Positions 47,301-62,300 of a stretch of 64,000 nt of DNA are shown here, one piece after another; positions within the stretch are counted from its first letter, which is position 1, and each line of letters starts with the position of its first letter. The notes under the pieces were generated by a model. It saw nothing but the letters and a program-made list of their open reading frames with translations. It did not search any database and was not told where the DNA came from. The translations under genes and the position numbers were made by a program. Source of the stretch: Balanoglossus misakiensis (taxonomy: Eukaryota; Animalia; Hemichordata); NCBI GenBank assembly GCA_040954595.2, contig CM082577.2:13027903-13091902 (forward strand). The letters are read 5' to 3'.

Positions 47301-50300
47301 AATCTGAGAATCTTCTGATGTCAGGGTTCCATTAATATCAACACCAGCCTTTTGTAACACCTTTATTATTGCAATTGCATTGTTTTTCATTTTTGCTGCA
47401 AGGTACACAGGCGGTCTACTTTGTGTCAAATCCTGTAAGATATATCACATGGATAGATTACCACACATACATAATTTAATTAAAGGTATATGACCACCTA
47501 TGCAGATTTTTCCATAGTTACCTTAACTAATTGATATCTAGTTACTCACAGGTTTTCATTGGGTGGAATACGCGAAAAAGAGTGCCACAATGTGTTCTTT
47601 AGGACACTGAAATAAGCAATGTCAGCCATATAGGGGCATATGTAAATTTGAGATAACCATATACACATTTAACATTTAACCAGCATTGGTATCATTATGA
47701 CATCTGGTCATGTGTGTACATCAGTCTGATATGTATTTAACAAGTTGTCACAAGAAATGATGCAAAAACACCTTGTTTATAGCCCGAACACAACTCCCCA
47801 ACAATGAGGGCATTTACTGGAATGTTAGTCTCATGATTATTTTCAAAATAGAAGCTCGTTTATGTTGTTATGCAAACCTGTGGGAAACACATGTGATTTT
47901 GTCTGATTGGAGCATCTTTAATTTGAAATGACAACACTCTGACAGAACTTCATGACCTCTGCGCGCGATCTGTGCAATATGGATGTTATTTTCATGAGTG
48001 AGAAGGTGTATTCTTACGAGTATTTTTACGAGCGATAGCGAGTAAAAATACGGAAGAATACACCTTCTCACGAGTGAAAATAACATCCATATTGCACAGA
48101 TCGCGCGCAGAGGTCATGAAGTTCTGTTATTATTGCATTATGTTTCCCCAGATTTGACGAAAATCAAAGTTTCGATCCTGGCGTATTGATTTTCATTACA
48201 GTGATGCGCCAAAGGCTATGCAACCCAGAGAAGGCCGCTCATTGGCCAAAATGACGCAACCTTTGTTATGCAAAGAAGGGTCATGTGGGGTCATTCCATC
48301 AGTGGGTTACCTGAGGCAGCGATAAATTTTGAAACACTGGCGATAGCGAGAGATTATCGTAATTTTCGAGGCTCCAAAACACACTGACAACTAAATGTTC
48401 TGTTATTCTGACGATAGTTGGGAAGGATAATAAAACAACATGCCAGTATGTTGAAAAATCCGCATGTTTCGACGATCATGTTGGCTCATTTCATCGGTGG
48501 TTTAGCTCAGGTCGCAATATAACATCGGCAATATTTGAGAAACTGGCGATAGCGAGGGATATTCCGAGGTTCCCAAACATACTGCTAATTAATGTTTTGT
48601 TATTCTGACAAAATTTGGGAAGGATAAGACAATGACGTCTCCGAATTTTGAAAATTCCCCACGTTTCGGCGATCATACTCCAGCTCTGCCGACCGCGTTC
48701 AATGTTTACAAACAAAACGTAGTCCGGCTTGTTTTTACTCATTTGCATATGGGTTGTGAAAAATACCACTTTGTCACGCGCACAACTAAAACAACAATCG
48801 GCTTTTTTTGCGACTGAAATAAAACTTTTGTTATATCCTCCGGAGGTTTATATGAACTTCAAGTGATTGTCTAACAGAACGAGGGTTAAACTTTGAAAGA
48901 TACGATCGATTGAAGGGGAAATGGGGGATCTTATTCTTCTGGATGCTCATTTGCATATGAGCTTGCAAAAATACCAGAATTATTATTGCACAGCCCGCTT
49001 AGAATACTGTAGTACATATGCAATAATATTGATAAAACTATATAGAACCGTACGGACATGTCATGTTGGCAGATTATCGCATCTTAAGCATGATGTTATT
49101 GGGCTGTGGATGTTTTTTCCCCAGGATCAACCTTGAATGAAAAACGGAGGTATTGTGATGTTTTTCAAGTTTACCAACCCGTATCTCAAGAAATATTGGA
49201 GTTTGCACAATAATGTTCACAGTGCAGGGTTAGGTAATTTATCAATCTAAAGCTGTGTTAAATTTGAATTGTTTCGGACATTTTATATAAAAGTGCTGAT
49301 CTTTCTCATGAACCCTTCATTTTCCGGTGAACACGGGTTGTTGTGACAAGTTCAAGTTTGCTTATGTGTATCTCAAGAAATATTGAAGGTAAAAATGTGC
49401 AAGAATTTTTACAATGTGAGTTAGGTTATTTATCAGTTTAATGTTGGGCAAAATTTGAAGTGTTTCTGATGTTTTATAAAAAAGTATGGTGCTTTCTTGT
49501 GAACCTTGCCCTTTGCCTTGACGTGGCTTGACTGCCGCGAATATTGCAGGCACTGCCAGTGTACACACTGTGCGGACTAGACCATGTGACTTGTTTTGTC
49601 CAGTGATCATGGAACTTACATGTAGTTATACTTTCTGGGATATCTAAGAAGTCTGTTTTATATAATAATTAAACTACTCTCCACAAAAACTGTTCAACAC
49701 TGGGAAAGAGAGGGAAAGGCAATACAAGACTCATATACAGCGAAAATGCCAGCCAATTTTAAGACAATGCCAATTTGATGATTGCAGACTGTGCAGAGCA
49801 ACAGTTTGAATATTATATACGAGGGAGTATGATAAGCCGTTGAACATTTATTTGGTGGCCATATTGGATTTATGCAAATTTTAAAGTGCAAATAAACAAA
49901 ATATTTTGAAAATTGTTCCAAATTTCATAGATGTAATTGTGAATTAAAAACACTAAAAAAGCTTCCTTAGTAACCAATATATTGCCCAAATATGTTTTTC
50001 TAGGAAAGCTGTCTGCCATATTGAAATTATGCAAATTATGGAAATTGCCCATGTCAAATATCATTCCAAAATGGTTCTTCGTGCACATGAGATAGTTTTA
50101 AAATTATAAAGCATGTTTATTTCTTAATATATGGCCAAAAAATCTCCAATATTGCTTTTATGCAAATTAGACATATTTCCACAAGGTGGATTCAGGTGCT
50201 TTTTAATATGTTGTTCTTGACACCTCTCCAAAATGCATTGTGAAGAAAAAAATTCTGTTGCAATTTTTGGTAGGTTAGGTGCCCAAATCTCGTAGATTGA

Positions 50301-53300
50301 CTAGACTATTAAAGCTATACGGTCACCTATGGAAAATTAGCCATAGTTACCATGGCAAAATGAGATTTAGCCAATCAAAGATTTTCATAGGGTGGCACAC
50401 GCGAAAAGAAGAGCGCCATCATATGTTCTTTAGAACGCTCTAATACGCTATTTCAGCCATATTTGGGCGTATGTAAATCGGAGGTGACTGTATATCTTTA
50501 AGGAGCACTTGAGTGAAGACCTCTAGAGGTTGTATCATGATTTCTGTTTATTATATTACAAAATATGTTGAATTCACTGAAAATTATGTTTAAATTTCAA
50601 AATTCCTTTTTTGTATAAAAGTGCAGCAGTTCATAAAGTGGAAGTGCGGCATGTTTTGATTTTACTTGTTCTGATGTCACTCTGTAATTTGCTCATTTTT
50701 GCAAAGACAACATGTTTTTCGAAAAAAAAACACACAGATATGTAGTTTAGATATAATTTTAGCCATTTTATCAATTTGAGACATTCAACTCTGTCCATGC
50801 TTGTTAACTTGACATTAAAAAAGTGCAGGACTTTCTCATGCCACTACTGGCAGCGTGTATGACATAACGTTGAGGGCATCACCAGAACAAGAAAACTTGG
50901 CAATTAACGGATGTGCGTTCGGGCTGTTTAAGCTGTAACATATTCAACATTTGTTCGCAGTTTAAATTCATTACACTCAGTGGATGTCATAATTACAAAA
51001 CTTTGAAAACACTTCTGGCTTTCTTGTAGGTTTCACTTACTGTGTATTCCACAAAGTTAGCCTTTTCGTTTTTGAGTAAATACTGCACCACTTTCACATT
51101 TTTATTGATCGCAGCAATATACAACGGTGTTTTCTCATTCTGTAATTGAAAAAACATTATTCAAAATTGGTATAGTGCATTGCACATGCATTATTACTAT
51201 ACAACAAATAAAATACCATGCACAGTATAATTTCTGCATAAATTTTATAATATCGACAGTTTATACCTGCTTTCATGGAACAAATAAAATTGAAGGTTAC
51301 TTTAAAGTATTTTTTCTCATATATAAAACCTCATTCTGTAAGAATACAAGTAATTAAAACAGAACTTACCTCATTGTAGGCATTTACTTTAACCTCTTTG
51401 TTGTAAATCAAATCCACGTTGTCTTGTCTGCTTTCACTGTATTTCGCAGCCCAATGTAAAGCGTTGCTTTTTGTCTGTAACAATTAACATAGGCATATAG
51501 TGATCAATAGTTGGGTCTGAACAATAATTAACAGCTGTTGTACAAAAACTTTTGGTATGTATGTATGTATGTATGTATGTATGTATGTATGTATGTATGT
51601 ATGTATGTATGTATGTATGTATGTATGTATGTATGTATGTATGTATGTATGTATGTATGTATGTATGTATGTATGTATGTATGTATGTATGTATGTATGT
51701 GTGTGTGTGTGTGTATATGTATGTATGGATGTATGGATGGATGGATGGTGTATGTATGTATGACTGGATAGTAAATCACGGAACATGCAAAGTTTGCCTT
51801 GAATGGAAAGAATGACAAACATACTCAACTTAATAGTACGAAAACATATATCAACAGTGCAATATGCAGTCAGCTCAACTTACATCATCAAGTCTATTGA
51901 CATCAGCTCCTCTGGATATCAAACATTCCAGGACTTTCAATGGTGCATTTTCCTTTATTGCATATTGCAACGTTGTACACTTCATGCCGTCAACCTGAAA
52001 AGAACAATAGTTTTCTAGCCTATATTTCTCACACTTTCAACAATATGTTCATATGATATCGATCTTAATATTCTTAGAAAAATGCATCAATTTTTGTTAA
52101 TATATCAGTAATGAATGCAGAAATCATTATGTTGTGATCTTTGTTTTTCTTACTATGAATTGTAAATCATTAGGGTGTGACATCCATGCCATCGACAAGT
52201 TATCTCTGAAAGTGTAACAACGTCACAATTTAGTAGCCAAAGAGGCACCCCCATCCCAATTGCGCAGTTGAAGTTAGGATTATTCACAACAAGTTTTACT
52301 AGTAACCTCGAAGTAATAAACAAGTCAAAGTGTACATCACGTTTGAAAGTTTGGGCTTTTAGGAATGGGAAATAGCAGAACAAGAATACAGACATATACC
52401 ATAATCATGAACACCAAAAACACGTTGAAAAAGCCAGATCGTAAAAATTTCACGAAGTCCGTTTAAAAAAACAGAAAAAAAGTTCACAAAGTCCGTTTCA
52501 ATAATCCAGACCTGAAAACTGCCACAAAGTCCATTTGAAAAAAAAAAACATCTGAAAATTTCACAAAGTACACTGTCTGTAAAAATCCACACTGAGTCAA
52601 CACATTCATTATACAAATACTTCTATCAGACACCTTGATATGCTGTCTGGCAGCCAACAAAGCTCCAATGCCACTTTGAGCTGCACCACAGTCGGATATC
52701 CCACCCCGGCTGCCGGACAGCATATGAAGGTGTCTGAGGTCTTTTCTAGTCAAAGTGTACACGTTTAAAACTTTGGGGTTTCGGAATGGAAAATAGCGGA
52801 ACAAGAACATGGACATATACTAATGATGAACGTCAAACAAACACGTTAAAAAAAGCCAGATCTGAAATAAAAACTCATGTGGCGTCCGCCGCTGGGCGCG
52901 ATGACACATCAACTTTATTTTTTAAACAATGTAAGCCTAACGTGTCAAGCTGAGTTCATAGTCGCAAATAATAAGTTCATGCATAGGTCGAGAAATTCTC
53001 AAACGGTCAGGGTATCGCTGCAATTTGCCACAAATCTCTCTCAGCACAGCAATGCGGTTCAAACTCTTGCATTAATTGTTACTTGTATTTGTTTCACCAA
53101 CACAAATTCAGAATAAAACACAGCAGTTTGGTAACTTAATGTTTATCCTACACTGCTAATTCTCATCTCAACCGTCTCTCTTTGCAATATGCCGATTCTC
53201 TAAAATAAAGTTCATCACACGGTATACACTGCAACCCATGGAACTACGAATGGCAAAATTCACATCTCTGCTTCACGGGAATCTACCGACATATGGGAGG

Positions 53301-56300
53301 AACCCAGTCCATTCAAGCGTAAATATCCCGCTCAGATACGAGCTTCGTAGAGCAGCGTTTGACAAACAACTCACTCTCTCAACACCAACTACTTCAATAG
53401 TGCAATTTGGATGGGACAGCTCTATGTGTACTAAATTGTTACGTTGTTACATTTCCAAAGATAACGTGTTGCTGGCATAAAAGAAATGCCTTGTTGCTGG
53501 TTTGGTGGCTGCAGCTAATTGAAAGTTGTAGTAAATATCTTTTTGATCGTCATAGTATATTTTAGTCTTCACGGTTTGTATGATGACAGTTTTTATAAAC
53601 TCAGACAGGTGATTACCATGTTCATTTTATTATGTGCTACATGAGGAATTCATTGGCAATTAAAACTACTTCTGTATAAACTTGAGAATATACCTCATGC
53701 AGTCCGTTGATGTCTTCTTCAGCTGTTTGAAGGCTCTCCAAAATTTTCTCTGACTCTTGAGCTGCCCAATAGAAGTGGAGTAAATTCTCCTGAAATATAA
53801 TATCATTGGCCATTATCAATAGGGTTGGATTCAAAGTTTGTTTATTTAATACTCCTATTGTTTTGCAAATTGTTTCATACATTGATGAGAGCAGTCGTCT
53901 TCATTCTTTGAAATATTATAACATGAAATAGGTGTGTAATGAAGGAGAATAATAATACTAATAATATTTAGGTTCTTCCATCTTGACAGTTGCTGGGCAT
54001 AACTCTCAAAAGCAATACTGCACATTGTGAAATTTATCATAATTGCTTTACATTATACCGGGTACTTTCAAATTAATATTACCTGGGACTACCGAGAAGT
54101 TGACATTTCTCAGGGTCAACAGAGTGAATGCAATAATTTCTAGGTCACCTTAAGAATGCCCAGTCATATTTTTGAATGTATAATTTGTGATTAACGTTAA
54201 TTATCAATTGTGATATTTGGTGAGACTGGTCAGTGAACTTGTGACAAGCAATTATAAAATTATTTGTGAACTTACCTCTTCAGTCTTGTGTATTTTGGCT
54301 TTCTCGTGTAAAAGAAACTTGGCCATCATAATTTTCTTCCCTTTGTTGTCTTCAATACTATCAAGTACATCGTACAATGCAGTTTTGCCGTCCTGAAAAG
54401 GTAATGGTCATTCGTCATATTTTCTATCATATCATAACATGCTTTTGACTATTGAGTTACAGTTGACCCGAATACAGTTGACATACTTTATGAAACGTAA
54501 TACACTAGGTTCCAGAAGTATGTTGCTGAAAATGTGCATATCCTTAGTTTTGATCACATCATGTTTTGTCTTCAATAAAAGAGCTCACACAATTATCTGA
54601 TTTAATACGTACATTAATAATTTATCTAAAATAATGTAACACATTATGTTAAATGATACTGTAGAGTGTAACTGCGGATAAATACTGTAAAAAGTGATAC
54701 AAAAATATTTTTAAGATGTTTTGATCATACCTTATCTGCTGAATTTATGTTTGCATTAAATTTAAGTAAAGTTTGCACCATTTCCATTTCACAGTGTACA
54801 GCAGCATAGTGAAGGGCAGTTTTTCCCTCCTATACAATAAAACAGACCGACATAAAAGATAAATAATAGCATTACACTACACACTTGACTTTATCCTGTC
54901 AACATGAATGCAATATTCAGTCACTAAGTTGATCACTGTATTTGGTAGGAAAATATTAATAATTGATAAATCTTATTTGATTTTATGTTTTATACACTTA
55001 CTTTCCCTGAGGTCATATACCAGTACAGTAAGGGTGCATTGCACAATCACTAATGATTGGAATGAAATTATACCAGGAAGACGCAAGCTTTATTTTACAA
55101 TATTTGAAAGTACAAATACTTGTGACATACTGCCTGGCGTCAATATTAGAGGTAATTTACCTTGGTACTTGGCAATTTTATCTGGAACTTACAACAACCA
55201 GAAAATTTCCACGCACAAAGTATCATGAACTAATTTAAGTATGTGCTGACAATTTTAAACAACACTGATATTGATATAACATGTTTGACATGATGACTGT
55301 ATACCCACGTACACTCCCAGAGTAAGGGATTTTAGTAGACTATTTCAAATGTGTGATGACTTCGATACAGAATATTTATATAATCAAATACCTCATCACC
55401 AGCTTGCATATCTGCAGACCTTTCACAAATGAGGGTCACCAGTTGACTGTTACCACTTAGTACAGCATGATGCAGCGCCTGCCTTCCTTTCTGATGGTAA
55501 TAAAGAATGTTTAGAAATTATAGTTCACTTTATTCTGTGAATGTTCATGGCATTGCCATTTAAGTAAAATCCTGCTTACAGAATGACACAATAATGTCAG
55601 TACATTGTATACAACACAACTGTGTAGTTGATATCACCCTGCATTTGTCAGATACGTTGGAAATCATCTAATTAAAACATGGTTTGCGACCATCCATACG
55701 AATATAAGTTACCTGACTGTACTAAATTATTTATTTTATGGAAGTATAGCACAATGAATCAAAAGTGAAATGTCTACGTTTATATTACCTTGTCTTTCTC
55801 AAAATTATTGGCTCCACAATCCAACAATATCTCGGCAGCTTCAAGGTATCCCTTCCTACATGTGCGATGCAAGGCTGTTTGTCCATCCTAAAGTAAATGA
55901 ATGGTTACTATTAGTGTAACAGATGGTGACTATGTCTGCTAACCTCGATCAGTGGTTAATGATTTAGTTGAACATCTTCTCCCATACCATATCAGTCTGT
56001 TTTGCTCTTCTACACCAAGTGCATTTTGGCCATCCTACAAATATCCTGGAAATAAGTGGGCTTATCGTATGTATAGGCATGTAAACTGCAGTTATTTTCT
56101 CCTAGCCGGTGCCCATTTCAGTGTTAGCTTTTTCAACACATAAATTAAGGTAACTGTTAACCTAGTGTCTTCGATCAGAGAGGGACCAGAACCAAGTTAA
56201 CCTGATTAAAATCAGCTGGAGAGATGGGTGGCATTCTTATATATGCTGTTTATGTACTTCACCAATTGTTGTACATGTATAATAAGAATTGGTATTTATC

Positions 56301-59300
56301 GTATGTAGGCATGTATCAACTGCATGCAATCTAAATTCAAACTTGATGTTCCTTGTAAGATTTGAACAAGACTATATACTTGTTATACTGGTAGGTGTTG
56401 TTCAGATGTAGGATAGAGACAAGCAGTAATTCACAGAATATCCTAACAAGTACATGAAATACCAATTAAAAGTCACCACCTATGTTTACAGCTGATTTTA
56501 ATCAGATTTGGAAACTCACAAGTACTTTTTGTCCATTCTATAATTAAATTAGAACATATTGGTCTAGTACATGAACTTATTCTATTCAAACTTAATTAGT
56601 ATAGATTGACATGAAAAACATTTTACCTCTTTTCATTATGTACCAGCTAATGTTGGCCTCAACATTGAGGTTTTGCTATATATTTTTTTCAAAATGCAAG
56701 TCATTTTTATCACAATATCATTTAATGTCATCAAAGGTATACGGTCACCTCCAATTTACATATCGCCATAAATAGCTGAAATGGCGTATTCGAGTGTTCT
56801 AAAGAACTTATGGTGGCGCTCTTTTTTTCGCGTGTGCCACCCACTGAAAATCTGTGATTGGTCAGATCTCAATTTACCATGGTAACTGTTGCTAAATTTG
56901 CATAGGTGACCGTATACCTTTAAGTGGTGATAGTGTTGCAATGTTTTCTTGCTAGAAGCCACTATGCAGACATGATGAAACCAATTCTCTCCAAAAGGCC
57001 AATTTACTATTAAGTACATACCTACATGTAAAAGCATTTAATGTTTCAATTTGTAAATAGTATAATTAAAGGGACACACAAGCCCAGCTAATTTTCCCAT
57101 TTTGAATTGCGTTCATACGTGCTTGCATTGCTGAGATTGGCTGTGTGTAAATCTTGGCAAAATAGGACATCGGGACAATGGACATGAAGAGTCTCATGGG
57201 AGCTTTGGGCATGACGTCATTAATCATATACGTCTCGCATCGAGACCCTGGAAAGTGACACCTCCAACATAGAATAATTTTTCCTGATAAAATCCAACCC
57301 TACCAATCAGTTTTATTTCGACATTAAAATGATTGCCGTATTAATAAACAATGTTTGTTTTGTGCTGAAATTCTCGTTAGTACTAATTTTCCTTACACAG
57401 ATTTATCTGTCAACGTTTGAGCAATACTAAATAACATTCAAACTACAAACAATAGATGAAAAGAAATGAATTACACAATTTCAATTTTACTGCAGGTAAT
57501 GATAAAAAGAAAAAAATATTTCAGGGTTTTGGACAAATTAGTGAAGACACTGCTAGTTTACAAATCAAAATCAATGGTGTGACCACAATGATAGTTATGA
57601 CAGTAATGATGGCAGCACTGAAGTAACACAATAAAATTCAAATTGACAATTGATCCTGTGCAAATGGATTCGTCAGTTCAAACTGTGGTTTTGTGTACCG
57701 GTGAAATCAACCACTTTACCAATAGATTGTTTTTTGTCACTTCCCTTCCGACTTTCCTCAGCCACTGCCTCCAGTAAACTCACCCTGTTAATTTTTTCTC
57801 AAATTGTTTCTGCATCCAACAGCACAACAATAAGCCATTTTGTTGGCGCACATACATTGATTACGATTATGGCTAAAATAGTTGTTTTCTTAAATCTTGA
57901 TTAAGTACCAGTGGACAATAATTTGAATAGACACACAAGCTTTTATGGCTGGAGGATAGCACTTCCGTACATCATTAACGACGTCATGCCCAAAGCCTCT
58001 TCGTGCCCATTGTCCATATGCGCTATTTCGCCAAGATTTACAAAGTGCCGATCTCAGCAATATGAGCATGTATTAAATTCAGGATTTACTGAATAGGTAT
58101 TTGACATTATGGAAATATAAAAAATAGTTGGGCTTTTGTGTCCCTTTGAAATGATATATTGTCTCAATTGTGAACTAACATTATATTTCAGTCAAGAGAT
58201 ATGTTTCCCAGTTATATGCCTGAGGTAATTCATTGAAACGTTAGGATTACCAAAGATATGGTGGGTATACCATGAGTAACAATTGTTGTCTTTTTGATAC
58301 TGAGACTGCTTTATCATAAACAAAATTCATGAACTGCAAAAATTAACAGTAACATTCGTATGAACTATGGACAAAAATGAACTGTTCAAAGCATGTTACT
58401 TTGTGCATAATGAAGAAACAGCAGTGTCACCTGGGACACATCAATTTTTAACTAAGTTTTTACTAATCTGTTCACTTTTGCGGTCATCTGATTCCTGAAG
58501 TGAATGTAAGGATGAATATACAACACATGTTGTGTGTGGGCTAGCGTAAATCCAGTGAAATGTATGTATTGACATTTATGAATTCTTCATCAATATTGAA
58601 GCTTGAAGATTACCAACAAAGAGTTATGATTGTGCATTTAGGATGGTAACTATGTGAATGAAGTATATTACTTACGTCATCACAAGCATCAATATTTTCA
58701 TCTGCCCTTTTCAAAGTGGAAACCATTTCATTATCTTGATACTTTGTTGCAGCCACGTATATATTTGTCTCATTTGTTTTGTCGTTTCCCTCTTCAGACT
58801 GTTAAGCAAGTACATTTTGTGGTTTTAAGACATTAATTTTTAACTATGTTCTGAGAGAATGGTACACATGTGCATGTATGATCTCAGCTTACTAAACTAA
58901 TATGATATCAAGCAAAGATTTACCTAGTGGAAACCAGTGAAATAATAATAACAACAGTAAAAGCAATAATTATAACAGTGATCAAGTTGGTATATAGCAC
59001 ACATATCCACAAATTTGCCCAGGGCAAAATTATACCCCTGGTCACTGGACCTAGTTTTAATTCCATATTACGGTACTTCCTTGTGAGTAAACAACAGGTC
59101 AAAATTTGCAGGTGTCGCTGCAGCAGTCACTGCAGCAGAGTTATATGCATACAATGCAATCTCTGTCCTATTCAGTGATTCAGTAGATGTAAATCTTTAC
59201 CAGGGATCTCCCCATGCTATACGGCCCCGTCCAACACACAAACAAAATCACCGACACAAATATACGCCATCCGGTTCTATTGTAATTTTGACTGCCTGAA

Positions 59301-62300
59301 TGTGCGCCTAATTCAAAGAAAACATGTCAAAAATATATCTGTCTTCAATGTATGGCTGTTTGGTACCATCTAATCAGGTCAAAGCAAAACAAACTGTAAC
59401 ATTCCCTAAATTATAGAATCCACACATCCCCAGCTGTCTAGCCTTAGCGTAGTATTTTCAGTCAGTCAGTTAATTCAAGGTCATTGTAAGTTGGACAAAA
59501 AAGTTCAGAGATGTTCATGAATATTTATAATGAATATAAATCGCTTATGAATAGTCACATTGTCCAGCACTGCTCTGAGGGTGGGAAGATCCCTGCTTTA
59601 CATTTATTATGAGTGGCATGATAACATTGTAATGTGTTAAAGTAATAACTAATTGCAATTATCATTTTGATTTTTGATTTGTAAATGCATTTCTTTGCAA
59701 ATCCAATAGTATTTATGATGAAGCAAAGAACTGCTCAGCAATACCACAGACCAATAAAAAATGGCTGTGCAGCATATGCTGGAAAAAAGCTAAAAATTAT
59801 GTCTTTTTAATTGACAATTAAATTTTTTGTGTGTGTGAAAATGGTATAAAATGCAAACTAAATTAATACTACATTTGGTATAAAGTGTAGGTGTTGTTCA
59901 TTTCTCTTGCCCTGGATAGTTTTCTCAAGATGACAAAACATCATTATGAAACCTTACCTGCATATTTTCATAAAATGTAGCTCCAGCCTTAAGAAGTTCT
60001 TTTACTGTGTCTGTATCCTTTGATTTCACCGCATAGAAAAGAGGAGTCTTAAATTCCTGCAATTGAAATGATACAATGTATGTTCAATATTCTCATGGAT
60101 GGCAAAAGAGTATGATGTTCAATTGTTTTATGATACCTCAGACTACACAAGTTTGCCATAGAAAAGGAGTGCAGGTCAGTACAATGAACTGAATTGTTTA
60201 GTATAGTATTGCACTGTATTTTATTACACCTCACATAGTATGTCGTATTCTTGATTGGCTGAGACGCACTCATGTGACAAAGAGAAAAACGTGATATAAC
60301 ATGGCTAGAGTTGATAAAGCCCTGTCGCGTGCGCTGATATTGCCCGCTGCATTGTTTTGGTGTTCTGCGCGCGACTTCTGCGCGTAACAAACTGTCGTTC
60401 AATGGCTTCCTCCACGATCAGTCAACTCCCGCATCTATGGCTTCAAAGCGACACACAGGATTAACAACTGTTCAACAACGATATTTTACTGCAAACAGGC
60501 AGTAAATACACCAAAATCGCAGGCAACAGCGGAGTATCCTCAAAATTATCTGAGTTCAAAGTAGGTATATGAGGCTACAGTTCTTGGGAGATCGAGACAT
60601 TGTCAGCAATATTGTACCGGGTAGTGTGGTGCAATTGAGTGTGGTGAAGTGTAGTGTAGCTTTTCTGAGATACGGGTTTGCGACAATATAGACAGGTTTC
60701 AGGCTGTTTTGTTAAAGCCATCATTGGATGTTCGGAGGAGATTGCACTTGTTCAAGTGCATTCTTTTCAAAATCCATCCTATGAAAAACAAACAAACAAA
60801 CAAACACACAAGTACAGTACTAAACATTTAGGTGACAGAGAAATAAAATTCATATCGTGTGATCAAGAAATTTTCAACTAAAATATGCTTTACACAATAC
60901 ACAAGCTACCCTCAAGTATTATTCAACTTACCACATCTTGAAGATTTACTTTAGACCCCATCTCTATGCAAAGACGTACTGACTCACATTTACCGCTCTC
61001 AGCAGCCAACTGTAGAACCGATTTATCAACTGAGGACTGAAGGAAATGAGCTTAAAGTTATTATAAAATACAGTTAAAGTTATCTACGATGTCCACAAGA
61101 CACATTTTGGGGACTAGTCCCATCAATATGTTATTCATATGCACATATTCCTCTTTGATAACACCTCACGCTGCATTTCATACTCTTGAATGGCTGAGAC
61201 TGAACCATGTGACATAGGAAAAACGTGATATTACATGGGTGACAGAGTTTATGTCCCATAGGTAGGGGATATGGTGTGTTGTGGGGGGATTAGGTTCTGC
61301 AGATCTTATCTGCGCGTTAGAATTTGTTGTTATTCTCTAGTTCGATCATGAACTGGAACTTTTCACGTGTTTCATATATGCGAGCATGGCTGCACCAGCA
61401 TCTCATCCATGGATGTGAATCTTCACACAAATAGTACAAACCTCTCCGATCAGATTGTGTACAGGGAGAAATGAGCAATGATTCAAACAGCATAAGTGTA
61501 CTCACTGTCACTGTTATGAAAAAACTGCTCACTGAACAATGTACAGTCAAGTTCATTAATCTTCCTGATTACAAATGCCATTTTATGCAACATGCACAGG
61601 GAGAGACTTGAAAGTGGCTGGGCGTTAACAAATAGCAAATGAAATACCATTTATAGCTCCACCCAAAACAAATTTTGAAAACGTGAACCAGCGAACCTGG
61701 CTGCCACCAACTCTCTCATTATGTGGATGAATTAAATAGACCAATTCTGATCACAAAGATATCGTCAACATATTCTGAGATGTAATGAATGGCAAAAGGT
61801 CACATTATTCTTAGCAAAAGGAGTACCTTTATGACACTAGAGATATATTTTAATATTGCAAAGAGTCGCAGTAGCCCTGACTTAATAAGAGAAAAGGCAA
61901 AACTTACATCTATATACATCTTCGTCATTCTATTGATATCTATTCCAGCAGACAAAAGGTTTTGAACAATGTCCTTTCTGCATCGTGAAACGGCCCACAG
62001 CAGTGGTAGTTCCTGAAAACGATTTCATGCTCATTAGTAGCAGTAATTTATAAGGTCTGAGAATTTAAAACTTTACATAGTATATATATAGTTTGATATA
62101 TCCACAAATATTGTGTGTTGTATATATGAAAGGGAGAAAAATGTGGTTATAAGTGTAAGTAAGGTTAATTGATGAGAAAAAGCATAAGACTCATCACGAA
62201 CATCATGTGTTACACCCCACAAAATGTCAGGCTTGTATAGATTCTTGCAATCTGATTAATAGTATAAGTAATCAGATTGAGATTCTTGATACAGGACATG

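Noticed and set aside
51484-51828. ORFs with YVCM/HTYI repeats (also 34962-35357 and 45621-45986)
   Set aside because: Translations of tetranucleotide microsatellites; only the embedded ankyrin exon 45750-45869 is coding.
60700-60778. Possible extra minus-strand Roco exon after a tttttcatag acceptor
   Set aside because: Immediate stop in phase 0 and no ankyrin motif.
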